Part shown: positions 30,390 to 39,738 of the stretch, in pieces | Layout: each line of letters opens with the position of its first letter | Numbering within the stretch: the stretch's first letter is position 1 | Source: Leptolyngbyaceae cyanobacterium | GTDB lineage: Bacteria > Cyanobacteriota > Cyanobacteriia > Phormidesmidales > Phormidesmidaceae | Direction: 5' to 3' | NCBI GenBank assembly: GCA_050331235.1 | Contig: JBHJHA010000088.1 | Coordinates: forward strand, 1 to 64,000 | Length of the DNA: 64,000 nt | The notes under the pieces: generated by a model | Seen by the model: the letters and a program-made list of their open reading frames with translations, nothing else | What the model was told of the DNA's origin: nothing | Databases searched by the model: none | Made by a program: the position numbers and the translations under genes

Positions 30390-32768
30390 TTATGCAGTTT
30401 GCGTTTGAACTTCGGGTTGCCACATGGCCGCCCGAAGAATCACTTGTAATAGGGCAAGATGGTATAGTCCCCAACCGAGGTTGATGAGATAAATTAGCAG
30501 CTCTTGGCTAAAACCCAAGAGGAGACTAACTAGCCCCCAGACCAGGCCGGCAACGGTCAGCAGCGCCACACAGAGCTGAACCCTCACTAAGTTGATATAA
30601 ATACCGCTTTCGCGCTGTTTAGGTGTCACCTGGAAGCTAATTTTCTTGCCTGTGAAGACGCTCCACACTGCTTGAATTTGCAGTGGAAAGAGTGCGATCG
30701 CATATTGCTCATTGCGCCATAGTTCCTGCATTGGCGTGCCCCAACTCGCTGCCATAAAGGTCAGGCGATTGATGGCATAAGCCGGTATGAAATGCAGCGC
30801 AAATTCGTAGCTGTAGCTATCCACCGGGATCAATCCAGTAAACAAAGAAATGATGGGGCAGGCTAGAAAAATTGCGATGAAAAAGCCGGCGAAATAGCTA
30901 TACATCGTTTGGAAATATTGCAGCCGTTGCCAAAAAGAAAGTCCTGGCTTGACAAGGGGATTATCTCTGACGAGTACCTGCAAAGTTCCCTGCGCCCACC
31001 GCAGCTTTTGTTTCAGGGTAGAGCTCAAATCATCGGGCGCTAATCCCTCAGCCAAAACTTCCTGATGATAGGCCGATTTCCATCCCTTAGAATGCAGCCG
31101 CATCGCCGTATTCATATCTTCCGTGATGCTGATACTCGAGAGCCCCCCGATGAGCTCAAACTCGGCCAACCGCCCTTCATCATCGGCAAAGTCATCAGCA
31201 AAATGCTGGAGTCCCATACTGATCAATGCTTCGCGCCTGAGGATAGCATTTGTCCCGGTGTAAAAAGCGGCATTCATGCCATCTTTGCCTTGCTGAATGA
31301 GACCATAAAATAGGTGAGCTTCGTGGCCAAAAGGATCGTTTTGCGGCAGGTTATAAAATGCCTGAGGGGTTTGCACAAAGGCCAAGTCGTTTGTGTCATA
31401 GGTGCCTTGCCCCAAGTTGAACTTCAGGAAATGAGGCAATACCCTCAGTAGAAAGTTTTGCTTGGGAATGTGATCGGCATCCAACGTCAAAATCAGATCG
31501 CCCTGGGTTTCGCCACAAAAAATGGCGTGGTTGATATTGCCCGCCTTAGCATGGTGGGGTTTGTCCTTGGGCTTCTCTCTGGCGATGTAACGACAGCGGG
31601 CCAAGTCTCATAAGGCCTGCATTTTGCAATCAATTAGCGTTACTAATTGCCACATCTGCTGCCGCACAAAATCAGTGGTGCTGTCGGCGGCATGGCTCCA
31701 TAGCACTACCTGACGCAAGCTCTGGGCATAGCCGACAACAGCCCCCGTCGTTGCATTCGAGTCGCCTGCCGCCATTTTGATCAGGGTCAAACAGTTGCGA
31801 CCATCCGCCACCCGGACATAGGACAGGTGCTCCGCCAACTGACTGAGGATGTTTAATCCCCGGCCGCGTTCCGCCTCAACGGCGATCGCCGTTGGTACTG
31901 TTTGCAACTTGCCCTCAAAATCAAAGGCCGGTCCCTGGTCCCAAATCTTGAGAATAACGCTGCTATCGCAAATCGCTGCTTCGAGCATGATCGGCGTATC
32001 TGCCGGTAGCTGACGATGGGCATGACAAACCGCATTGTCAAATCCCTCACCCAGGAGCGTTTGGCAGGCACACCAGATATCGTCAGCTAGGTGGGCTGGC
32101 TTGAGCCCATTGAACCAGTCTAAGACCCGCTCAATTTCTTCAGAACGACTCAGGGCTTGAAAGGTATAGGTGGCCGCCCAGCTTTCCAAGCTGTTGAGTT
32201 CGGGCTCAAGCAATTGCAGTTGCTCTAGGCGGCTAGACAGCGCATATCGCTCAATGTTGAGCCGCTCCGCGGCCTGCTGCAGTGCTGGCATTTGCAGATC
32301 CTGCAGGCACAGCCGCTCGGCCATGGCTCGCATATTTGGCGAGTTGCCGTCATCAAGAATGTAGACCTTGAGCTTGTCAACGGGATAATCGAGTTGGAGG
32401 GCCGCTCCTGCCGTAGCCTCCACGATGCTCGTCGGTTCGTTGTAGCAAGTAATGAATACATCGACGGTGGGATAATCATCTTCAGCCAAAGCTGGCATGA
32501 GGTGATCAAGACTGCGCACCTGGCGTACTATCGGTCGCCACAACCCAATCAAAAACAAGGCTCCCCCCACATACATGTAGGTTTCTGCCAGTGCCAACGG
32601 CATCGAAAACCAAGGGACATCTAGGTTTAAAGAGCTTGACCAGCGCCAGCCGAGATACCAACCCCCAATGATGAGGTTGACCAGCGCAAAATATCGAAAC
32701 AATAATGTGCGATCGCGGAGGCGGATCTGCACATTATTTTGCAGGTAATTGCTAGCTGAGATGCTCAT
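30390..32768 (-). pseudogene. Cellulose-synthase-like GT2 with inserted RsbW-type HATPase domain; single in-frame TGA at 31608-31610
   Basis: DVFITCYNE, YILDDG, [EGFDNAVCHAH, WDQGP, ERGRGL insert], MQAL*DLARCRY, HAKAGN, DADH, QTPQ, TED, QKLRW; N- and C-terminal TM helices; no PilZ; both ORFs in one frame. Confidence 0.85.
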
Positions 32769-33002
32769 ATATCAATGGATAATAGTCTGAGGGAAATCTC
32801 TGACTGACATATCGAGCGGTCGTCTTGATACACCCTCTCTTTCTCTTAAGTACACTTGGGGCGACGTGTAACCGGAATATTTTGATGACCGAAACTTTTT
32901 TTTTTCGGACGCCAAGAGGGTCTAGAAGAAAGTCTCTATAGCTAAAATCTTGGGATTGAGTTTACTAAGGCAGTATTGATTAAAACAGGGCAGTAAGACA
33001 GT

Positions 33003-34259
33003 TTGTTTAGCAGTTTAATCAAAGAAAAAAACCAGAGAAAATACTGCTTATTGCCTTTTGGATTGGTAATTGCTTCTAGTGGAATTCTCGGATTGCTGGG
33101 CTTCTCTGCGCAGGCCTCAGACCGACTGGAAGCCGACTTTAAAAAGCCCTTGAATAAGCCGCTGCCGTTGGAGCTTTCGACACAAGTTTCTCAATTCTTA
33201 CCGGCGCCCTCGTTGTCCTTAGCAGCCCCATCCATCAAGGATGATAATTCATCGCCGGTGGCCAGGGTGCGCCCAGGTATTCATTTGGCTGCCCCTGAAA
33301 ATCTCATTCCAGGCTTATATGTACCGCCACCGGAGCCAAACCCGATTGAAGTCGAGCCACCCACCTCTGAACCGGAAACTTCTGAGCCGTTTACGCCATT
33401 CTGGCAAATCGAAGATTTGACCGTCGATCTGTCCGATGAATTTACTAATTTTGACCAAAGCAACCGACTAGTGGAACCGACCATTTCGGGGGTTCTGCCC
33501 AATGGCGATCGCCTCTCACTCTCGACGGGGCTTAACACCTTTAGCCAACCGGATGTGAATGATGTTGTGAATATTCCTCTGCGGGTGGCCTGGACTCGAG
33601 AGATGGGAGATTTCACTACTACCGTGGGAGGCGGTATCGATTGGTTTGACGAAGCCCCCCTAGCCCTCAATCTTGACGCGAGCACCTCTGTGCCCCTTGG
33701 TCGCCAAGCAACCCTATTTTTTGACATTGAGCAGGGACCCTACAAGTTCAACGCGGAAACTCTGAATCAGCAGATCACTGCTTGGCGCTATGGTCCTAGC
33801 CTGTATTGGCAAATCGCGCCGGACACTAGCTTTTTCTCTCTGGTGCGCTGGGGCCGCTATAACGACGGCAATCGTGAGCAACAATCTTTTAGCCGGTTTG
33901 AACATCGCCTGGGAGAATTTGCGATCGCCGCTAATCTGTTTAATTGGCGTTACCGACAGGACTTAGAAAACGTATCGGGCTATTTTTCTCCCCAAGACTT
34001 TTTAGTAGCGAACGGTGAGATTGCTTGGGCTGGGGAAGTTTTTGACTGGTTGGATTGTCGGGTTGCAGCCTCTTGGGGGCAGCAACGCCTCGCCGGGGAA
34101 TGGACTGCAGCCTACGGCTATGGAACTCAATGCACCTTTGCGGTGTCAGACAGTACAGAGATTGACCTTGGCTACAGCTATGACAATGTAATTGGTCAAG
34201 CTGGGGGCAGTGCCTTCAACAATCGAGCGATATCAAGTCAGGTCAGGATGACGTTTTAG
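33003..34259 (+). CDS. Putative outer-membrane beta-barrel, BcsC/PgaA-porin-like
   Basis: N-terminal hydrophobic signal segment, Pro-rich linker, aromatic alternating strands, GYFSPQ motif, terminal Phe. Confidence 0.6.
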   Translation: MFSSLIKEKNQRKYCLLPFGLVIASSGILGLLGFSAQASDRLEADFKKPLNKPLPLELSTQVSQFLPAPSLSLAAPSIKDDNSSPVARVRPGIHLAAPENLIPGLYVPPPEPNPIEVEPPTSEPETSEPFTPFWQIEDLTVDLSDEFTNFDQSNRLVEPTISGVLPNGDRLSLSTGLNTFSQPDVNDVVNIPLRVAWTREMGDFTTTVGGGIDWFDEAPLALNLDASTSVPLGRQATLFFDIEQGPYKFNAETLNQQITAWRYGPSLYWQIAPDTSFFSLVRWGRYNDGNREQQSFSRFEHRLGEFAIAANLFNWRYRQDLENVSGYFSPQDFLVANGEIAWAGEVFDWLDCRVAASWGQQRLAGEWTAAYGYGTQCTFAVSDSTEIDLGYSYDNVIGQAGGSAFNNRAISSQVRMTF

Positions 34260-34315
34260 CCAATCATTGAAGCTGGCCCTGGGATTGCAAGTGTAAGTGA
34301 GTGAGGAGAGCGACG

Positions 34316-34951
34316 ATGAATCTACATCGCCCCTATTACAGCATGGGCTGGATTGTGTTGCTCTTCATGGCGGGACACAGTCTAGGTGTTTTTTCAGGTG
34401 CGACAGCGGCGGAGGCGGCGATCGAACAACCAGCGATCGCCGAAGATACCCCAGCTACCTCAGAATTACCTCCAGAGGATGTCATCGTGCGATCGGTCTT
34501 GGAGGAGGTGCAGCGAACCGATCAGTGCAATGGTTTCTATGACCCGAATATAGCGCTCACCCAGTCACAGGTTCTGTGGATTGGTAACTCAGTCTTAGTG
34601 GAAGTTGTCTGTACGCTGACGGCCTATCAGTTGATCTACACCTACAGTGCTTATGCTTCGGATGGCTCGATTCTGCCCCTTCCATTAGATACTTTCTACC
34701 GCGATGAAGCTGGCGGTTTCGAGCGTTCAAATACGCTGACGCTCGCCGGACTGGCCGACTTTGATCATAATCGAAATGAATTAGCTGTATTTTCCAAGGC
34801 CAGAGGCTTAGGCGACTGTGGCTCCTGGGCTGCGTATCAGTGGACGGGCATGGAGTTTGTGCTTACAACGTTTCGCTACCAGGTATGCGGTGACTCCGCT
34901 GGAGAATACGTTGCGCCAACGGACTATCCCCAGGTATTTCCGTTTGATTGA
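34316..34951 (+). CDS. Secreted DUF1176-like protein
   Basis: Signal peptide, C..TAYQ and FSKARGLGDCG motifs; GAGGAG RBS before ATG 34316. Confidence 0.65.
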   Translation: MNLHRPYYSMGWIVLLFMAGHSLGVFSGATAAEAAIEQPAIAEDTPATSELPPEDVIVRSVLEEVQRTDQCNGFYDPNIALTQSQVLWIGNSVLVEVVCTLTAYQLIYTYSAYASDGSILPLPLDTFYRDEAGGFERSNTLTLAGLADFDHNRNELAVFSKARGLGDCGSWAAYQWTGMEFVLTTFRYQVCGDSAGEYVAPTDYPQVFPFD

Positions 34952-34961
34952 TGATCTAAAT

Positions 34962-35450
34962 CTACAGACTGTTTGCCGTATCGCTCAGATAAGCCGCAAG
35001 ACTAGGATTATCAAATCCTTGGGCAACGACACCGCAAGTGTAACCATCTCCCCCATAGCCGATCTCCCAATGCTCAAGTCGTAGCTCGGTGGTGTGAGCC
35101 AGCGCCATGACCAAGGGGGTATCGCCAAAGTCTTGCCCCCCTAATGTGTGGGTAATCCAGAGGGTGGGCTCGCAGATTTCGATCATGGCTGAAAACCATA
35201 TCCGGACATCTGCACCTCGCTGTCTCGCTTGCCATTTGCCGGCGGTATCAAGATCAAGATACTGCCGGCAGACAGCCCCTGTGTGAGGGCCTAACAGGGC
35301 AAAATTATTGGCACAAAAGGTATCAGGCAAACGCTCATCCACCCATTGCATTAGTGGCTTAGTACTAGATGGGTGGAGAGTGGACCTCAAGTAATAATCA
35401 GGGCCATACCCTTGGGCGCTAAGCTGCCAATGCCAGGGCCGCATAGTCAT
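34962..35450 (-). CDS. Hypothetical protein (162 aa)
   Basis: ATG-started ORF filling the gap; no recognised family. Confidence 0.55.
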   Translation of the reverse strand: MTMRPWHWQLSAQGYGPDYYLRSTLHPSSTKPLMQWVDERLPDTFCANNFALLGPHTGAVCRQYLDLDTAGKWQARQRGADVRIWFSAMIEICEPTLWITHTLGGQDFGDTPLVMALAHTTELRLEHWEIGYGGDGYTCGVVAQGFDNPSLAAYLSDTANSL

Positions 35451-35615
35451 GAATTTCGATTTCGATATCTCATCACAGTTTGATGATGCCCAAATCTCAG
35501 CGATTACGCTGATAGCGCTGTTGTTTGGAGCTTAGACATCTTTCTTTCAGAAGACGTCAAAGACGCAGTTTCCGACTAACTTTAGGATGTTGAGTAATGT
35601 AAAGGTTGAGAGCTA

Positions 35616-36050
35616 GTGGTTACGGCAGGCAAACGATCAGGAAAGGTCCAATGGGAAAAGTTTAAGGATGAGTCTGTCGTTACAAGCTACTTTGAACATT
35701 TCAATGCGGGTGAGTTTGAACAGGCGGCCCATCTGTTTACTCCAGAGGGTATGCTACAGCCGCCGTTTGAAGAGCCTGTGGTTAGCCCGACCGCGATCGC
35801 TCAATATCTCAAGTCTCAGGCCAAAGGGATGCAGGCATTTCCTAAAGAAGTTGAACTGGATGATGCGTCAGCCCCACAGCTTTGCCAAGTCGTAGTTCGT
35901 GGGCAAGTTACGGCCGTGGTTTTTAAAGTCAATGCGGCCTGGATCTTTGAGCTCAGCCCCACCGGTCAGATTCAGCATCTACGCGTAAAGCTACTGGCAA
36001 CTATGCAGGAGCTGCTCAATCTAAGGGATCCTCACGCTAAGCCGGAGTAA
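35616..36050 (+). CDS. Orange carotenoid protein C-terminal domain homolog (CTDH/CCP, NTF2-like)
   Basis: YFEHFNAGEF, LQPPFEEPVV, AIAQYL, VNAAWIF, VKLLATMQELLNLR match the OCP-CTD/CTDH pattern. Confidence 0.85.
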   Translation: MVTAGKRSGKVQWEKFKDESVVTSYFEHFNAGEFEQAAHLFTPEGMLQPPFEEPVVSPTAIAQYLKSQAKGMQAFPKEVELDDASAPQLCQVVVRGQVTAVVFKVNAAWIFELSPTGQIQHLRVKLLATMQELLNLRDPHAKPE

Positions 36051-36250
36051 CTGCGATAACACTATTTGTGTTAGCTGTTGGCAGTTATTTAAGGAAGTTA
36101 GAAGGCGATCATGCCTTTGTGTTTTGCAGGCTTAACTTCTGTTGGGATTTCTAACCTAGCGATCGCTAGCCTCACCTTGATGCTGTTCGAGGGCCGCCAA
36201 TCGGTGGGAAAATAGACGCAGTATCTTGTTATCCTCTTACCGCTGGATTT

Positions 36251-36835
36251 TTGCTTAGCACCATGCCCTCGATTAATCAGTTGGTTCCGCCTTCCATTTT
36301 TGGCTTGACTTGCCTGCTGTTTATTGGTCTGTTCTTTTTTATTCGCGCCTCCACCAAAGACCGAACAGAGACGGCCCAGTATGCCACCCCCTTAGAGGCA
36401 GTCCCCCTTTTAGAAAGCTTGCAGCAGTACTTTTCTAATCGGTCCTATCGAGTTATTGAGGTCAATCAGACCTCTGGACAAATCGCTCTGGAAGGGGCCG
36501 TTGGCGCAAGTCTCTTTTTGGCTGTATTTTTAGGCACACTGGCAGGAATTGGATTGTTGTGCCTCGCCTTTGTATTGGCGATCGCGATGCCTGGGTTAGG
36601 GCAATGGCCCTACAGTTTGCTGCTGCTATCGCCATTAGCAGCTTGGTTCTATTGGCGGGGCGCGACTCGCACTGAGCAAGTTACTTTCAAAATTCTGTCG
36701 CCTGATGAATTAAGCGTGGATAGCGAAATGCCAGCTCAGTCGGCGACTCAAACCCAACTCCAGGTCACAGCCCATCGTGACGAGCTGGCTACACTCACTT
36801 CACAGCTACCTTTAAAGCGTCGAGAGGCAGAGTAA
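36251..36835 (+). CDS. ccb1: Cofactor assembly of complex C subunit B (CCB1/DUF3529)
   Basis: GLFFFIRASTKDRT, three TM segments, AHRDEL. Confidence 0.85.
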   Translation: MLSTMPSINQLVPPSIFGLTCLLFIGLFFFIRASTKDRTETAQYATPLEAVPLLESLQQYFSNRSYRVIEVNQTSGQIALEGAVGASLFLAVFLGTLAGIGLLCLAFVLAIAMPGLGQWPYSLLLLSPLAAWFYWRGATRTEQVTFKILSPDELSVDSEMPAQSATQTQLQVTAHRDELATLTSQLPLKRREAE

Positions 36836-36850
36836 AAACTCTACCTCTCG
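36821..36850. terminator. Hairpin between convergent genes
   Basis: CGAGAGGCAGAGT-AAAA-ACTCTACCTCTCG, one mismatch. Confidence 0.5.
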
Positions 36851-36934
36851 AGGGGAGTGGATTTTATTTTCCCGGCTAAAAATTCACTTTGGGATTGACT
36901 TTTGAGGCATCCCTTTAAGCCGTTCGGTGAAATC

Positions 36935-37249
36935 CTATTTAGACAAGCTAACAACCTCGTCTTCTTCTTCGTTGAGAAGGGCTCTCAAGCTGGGGAACAG
37001 AAAGTGATTCTCTTCGACATATTGGGCACCAAAGAGGCCTTTCTCAGCCCAAAAGTATCGATCAGTTGTGTGCTCGTTGCGTTTCACAAGCAACAATGCT
37101 GGGGGGGCAATGTTTTCATTGTGGATAAAATTACGAGCGGCAGTAACGGGCTTATCAGTTCCACTTTCGATACTATACTGGGGCACGCACTCCAGTATTC
37201 GCCGGCCTTCTAGACGACGGCGGCTCTTGCGTTTACGTCTTCTTGCCAA
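36935..37249 (-). CDS. DUF3155 family conserved cyanobacterial protein
   Basis: MARRRKRKSRRR.EGRRILE.VPQY...KPVTAAR...YFWAEKGLFGAQY. Confidence 0.88.
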   Translation of the reverse strand: MARRRKRKSRRRLEGRRILECVPQYSIESGTDKPVTAARNFIHNENIAPPALLLVKRNEHTTDRYFWAEKGLFGAQYVEENHFLFPSLRALLNEEEDEVVSLSK

Positions 37250-37293
37250 CCTGCCTACCTCCTACTCTCGGTCTACATCTTTGAGGGGGTGTA

Positions 37294-37309
37294 TGTAGTT
37301 TGTGTTACA
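37294..37309. promoter_or_regulatory. Putative NtcA/CRP-family site
   Basis: TGTA-GTTTGTGT-TACA = TGTA-N8-TACA in the divergent intergenic region. Confidence 0.4.
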
Positions 37310-37516
37310 AAACCCCCAACCCTGCAAAGTATATCCGGTAAAAACTAAAATTTCAACTTGTTTTGTGCCTATGCCGGGTAAGTAGCGTGGTTAAATAGTA
37401 GATTTCTACAACTGCTTTGCCTGACAGTAACCTGCGTTAAGTAGTACATTTAAGCTGTTGCCGGCGGGTAATTTTTTCCTTGCTAAAGGGAGCGTTGGCA
37501 AAAGGGACTTTAGACG

Positions 37517-38914
37517 TTGTTTATGATGCTAATGCCTGCGAGTGCAGAGTTTGCGACTCTGTGTCAGTCTCAGCTAGCGATGATAACCGAATGGGTGGGC
37601 GCTGAGTCAGCGGCTGTATATTTGGCCGAAAGTTGGTCAGATCAAATGACGCCGAAGCTGTTACCGGTAGCGGTTTATCCGAGGGAGGCTACTCGGCAAG
37701 AGGCCGTTGTTGGTGATAAAGCTTTACCCAAAGTGTCGGCAAAATCGACCGCGTTACTCAATCAATCAGGAGCCGTTGCTGTCAAACCATGGGCTGATAA
37801 TACATTTTCCACCGACACCGATCCTGGAGAACAATCAATGGAGGCTCAGCGCCTGGCGATTCCGATGATGCATGAAGGCGGGGTGCTGGGTATTTTGGTG
37901 GGCTGGCGCACTGACCGAGACTGGCTGGATACCGATCGCCATCGAATGGAAGAATGCGCGCGATCGCTCAGCCTGGCCTGCGTATTAGATCAGCGCGGGC
38001 AGTGGTTGAAGACCCAGATGAGCTCGCTGGATCACGTCCAGGCCCAGCAGTCTGATCGTTTCCACGAGCTGCTACACCAGCTCAAAAGTCCCCTCACCGC
38101 CCTCAAAACCTTTGGGCGGCTGCTCAATCGGCGGCTACCTTCCGAAGATCCCAACCAGCGCTTGGTCTCCAATATGCTGCGTGAGAGCGATCGCATGCAG
38201 GAGTTGCTGGGCTATTTTGACGATACCCTCCAGGCTGCCGACGATACTCGCGAAGAAGCGGCCACGACGGTTCCTTTGCTATTGCCTGCTGATGGAGACA
38301 CTGAGGCGGCTCTGCCGATTGCGGAAACTCCGACGCCTGGGTCGCTAGCGCATTTTGGGGGGACGTTGACGATGCGTCCCTGCGCAGTGGCTTCATTCTT
38401 GCTGCCCTTGGTCGATATGACCCAGCCTCTGGCGGAAGACGTGAATATGGAGCTTTACACCATTCCCCCTAGTGAACCTGTTTGGGTCCAGGCAGATCCT
38501 AAAGCTTTGCTAGAAGTGCTCAATATCTTACTCGAAAATGCCCTCAAGTATGCCCAATCAAGCAATCAGATTTGGTTGCAGTGGGGTCTACTATCCGCTC
38601 AGCAGCCCCACATGACGGGCATTCTCGTGGGGGATACTGGGCCGGGCATTCCCCAGACGGATCAAGCTCATATTTTTGAGCGTCACTATCGCGGGCAGCA
38701 GGCCGATGGAGAACAGGAAGGCAGTGGACTCGGCCTCGCGATCGCGGTTGATCTGATCCAGGAGATGCAGGGAATGATTGCCGTTTTTAGCCCACTTGCG
38801 GCTCTCCCATGGGCTTTGCCCCTGACCGTTGGGGCTATAGATGAGCAGCGGGGCACAGCCTTTGTGGTGTGGTTGCCACAGGCGATCACCGTGGACTCCT
38901 TACCTGAAGTCTGA
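37517..38914 (+). CDS. hik2: GAF sensor histidine kinase, Hik2/CSK-like
   Basis: MLMPASAEFATLCQSQ N-terminus, LACVLDQR, LLHQLKSPLTALKTF, GSGLGL; beside DUF3155. Confidence 0.8.
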   Translation: MFMMLMPASAEFATLCQSQLAMITEWVGAESAAVYLAESWSDQMTPKLLPVAVYPREATRQEAVVGDKALPKVSAKSTALLNQSGAVAVKPWADNTFSTDTDPGEQSMEAQRLAIPMMHEGGVLGILVGWRTDRDWLDTDRHRMEECARSLSLACVLDQRGQWLKTQMSSLDHVQAQQSDRFHELLHQLKSPLTALKTFGRLLNRRLPSEDPNQRLVSNMLRESDRMQELLGYFDDTLQAADDTREEAATTVPLLLPADGDTEAALPIAETPTPGSLAHFGGTLTMRPCAVASFLLPLVDMTQPLAEDVNMELYTIPPSEPVWVQADPKALLEVLNILLENALKYAQSSNQIWLQWGLLSAQQPHMTGILVGDTGPGIPQTDQAHIFERHYRGQQADGEQEGSGLGLAIAVDLIQEMQGMIAVFSPLAALPWALPLTVGAIDEQRGTAFVVWLPQAITVDSLPEV

Positions 38915-38942
38915 GATAATTCCACCCACCCAAAGTCTAAAA

Positions 38943-39344
38943 TTATGGCGAAAGGACTGTGCTGGCAACGTATCCTTTCATCACGAGGTCCGTGACGGAT
39001 ACGATACCTAGCAACTCGCCCGCCTGGATGACTGGTGCCCGCTGAATACCCGCCTCAGACATCGCCAAGGCCGCTTCAATTAGGGTTAACTGCGGCTCTA
39101 CAGCAACACAGGGCTGGCGCATGATGTCTTGTACACGTACCCGGTCGGGCTCCAAGTTGCGGGCAAAGACCTTATACACAATGTCTCGCTCCGTTAGCAC
39201 ACCGTAGGGCAGTTCAGGCGCAGGACGGTCGACGATAAGCGATCGCACGCCGTGGGTCTGCATTTGCACAATGGCATTTGCGACCGTGGCTAAACGATCA
39301 ATTACTTGTACTTCCCGAGTCATGATATCGGCGACTGTCAACAT
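38943..39344 (-). CDS. CBS-pair protein
   Basis: TVADIMTREV, YGVLTERDIV, LLGIVSVTDL. Confidence 0.88.
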   Translation of the reverse strand: MLTVADIMTREVQVIDRLATVANAIVQMQTHGVRSLIVDRPAPELPYGVLTERDIVYKVFARNLEPDRVRVQDIMRQPCVAVEPQLTLIEAALAMSEAGIQRAPVIQAGELLGIVSVTDLVMKGYVASTVLSP

Positions 39345-39487
39345 TGGTTTCTGCTTCCTCCTGCTGATTCCATATTTAAGCTGGTGCGGATGCCAAGGGG
39401 CCTCATCCTCTGTTTATCCTGGCCAGAGTAAAGCCTGTTTCAGCTATATCTGCGGGATATTTTTAGCTTTTAGCGAGAAAGTCATCC

Positions 39488-39520
39488 AAAAAAAAGCTAC
39501 CTGTTGCAACAGGTAGCTTT
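39488..39520 (-). terminator. Rho-independent terminator
   Basis: Perfect 28-bp palindrome AAAGCTACCTGTTGCAACAGGTAGCTTT (39493-39520) ending in a T8 run on the minus strand. Confidence 0.8.
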
Positions 39521-39594
39521 GACATCTACAAAACCTCAATGCGTTGTCAACTTTCAGTTCAGGAGAAACTCCGTGCCGTTACCGACGACGAGTC

Positions 39595-39738
39595 TCAAGC
39601 CGACAATATTTTGCGCCACCAAACTCTACGTCGAGTATCAACCAGGGCGCCACAACCGCTACATTTCTTGATGCCACGGACTCGTATACGTCGCAACTTA
39701 GTCTCACCACAGTTAGGGCAATGAACGGAATGGGTCAT
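39595..39738 (-). CDS. 47-aa CPxCG/CxxCG zinc-ribbon microprotein (absent from ORF track)
   Basis: MTHSVHCPNCGETKLRRIRVRGIKKCSGCGALVDTRRRVWWRKILSA*; AAAGG 6 nt upstream of ATG; terminator downstream. Confidence 0.7.
   Translation of the reverse strand: MTHSVHCPNCGETKLRRIRVRGIKKCSGCGALVDTRRRVWWRKILSA

Noticed and set aside
27836..31610. Genome-wide stop-codon reassignment, pyrrolysine or selenocysteine explaining the in-frame TAG/TGA codons
   Set aside because: TAG and TGA end conserved genes normally here (argG and pgk TAG; nadE TGA); the affected positions are non-catalytic; no SECIS-like hairpin or pyl/sel genes seen
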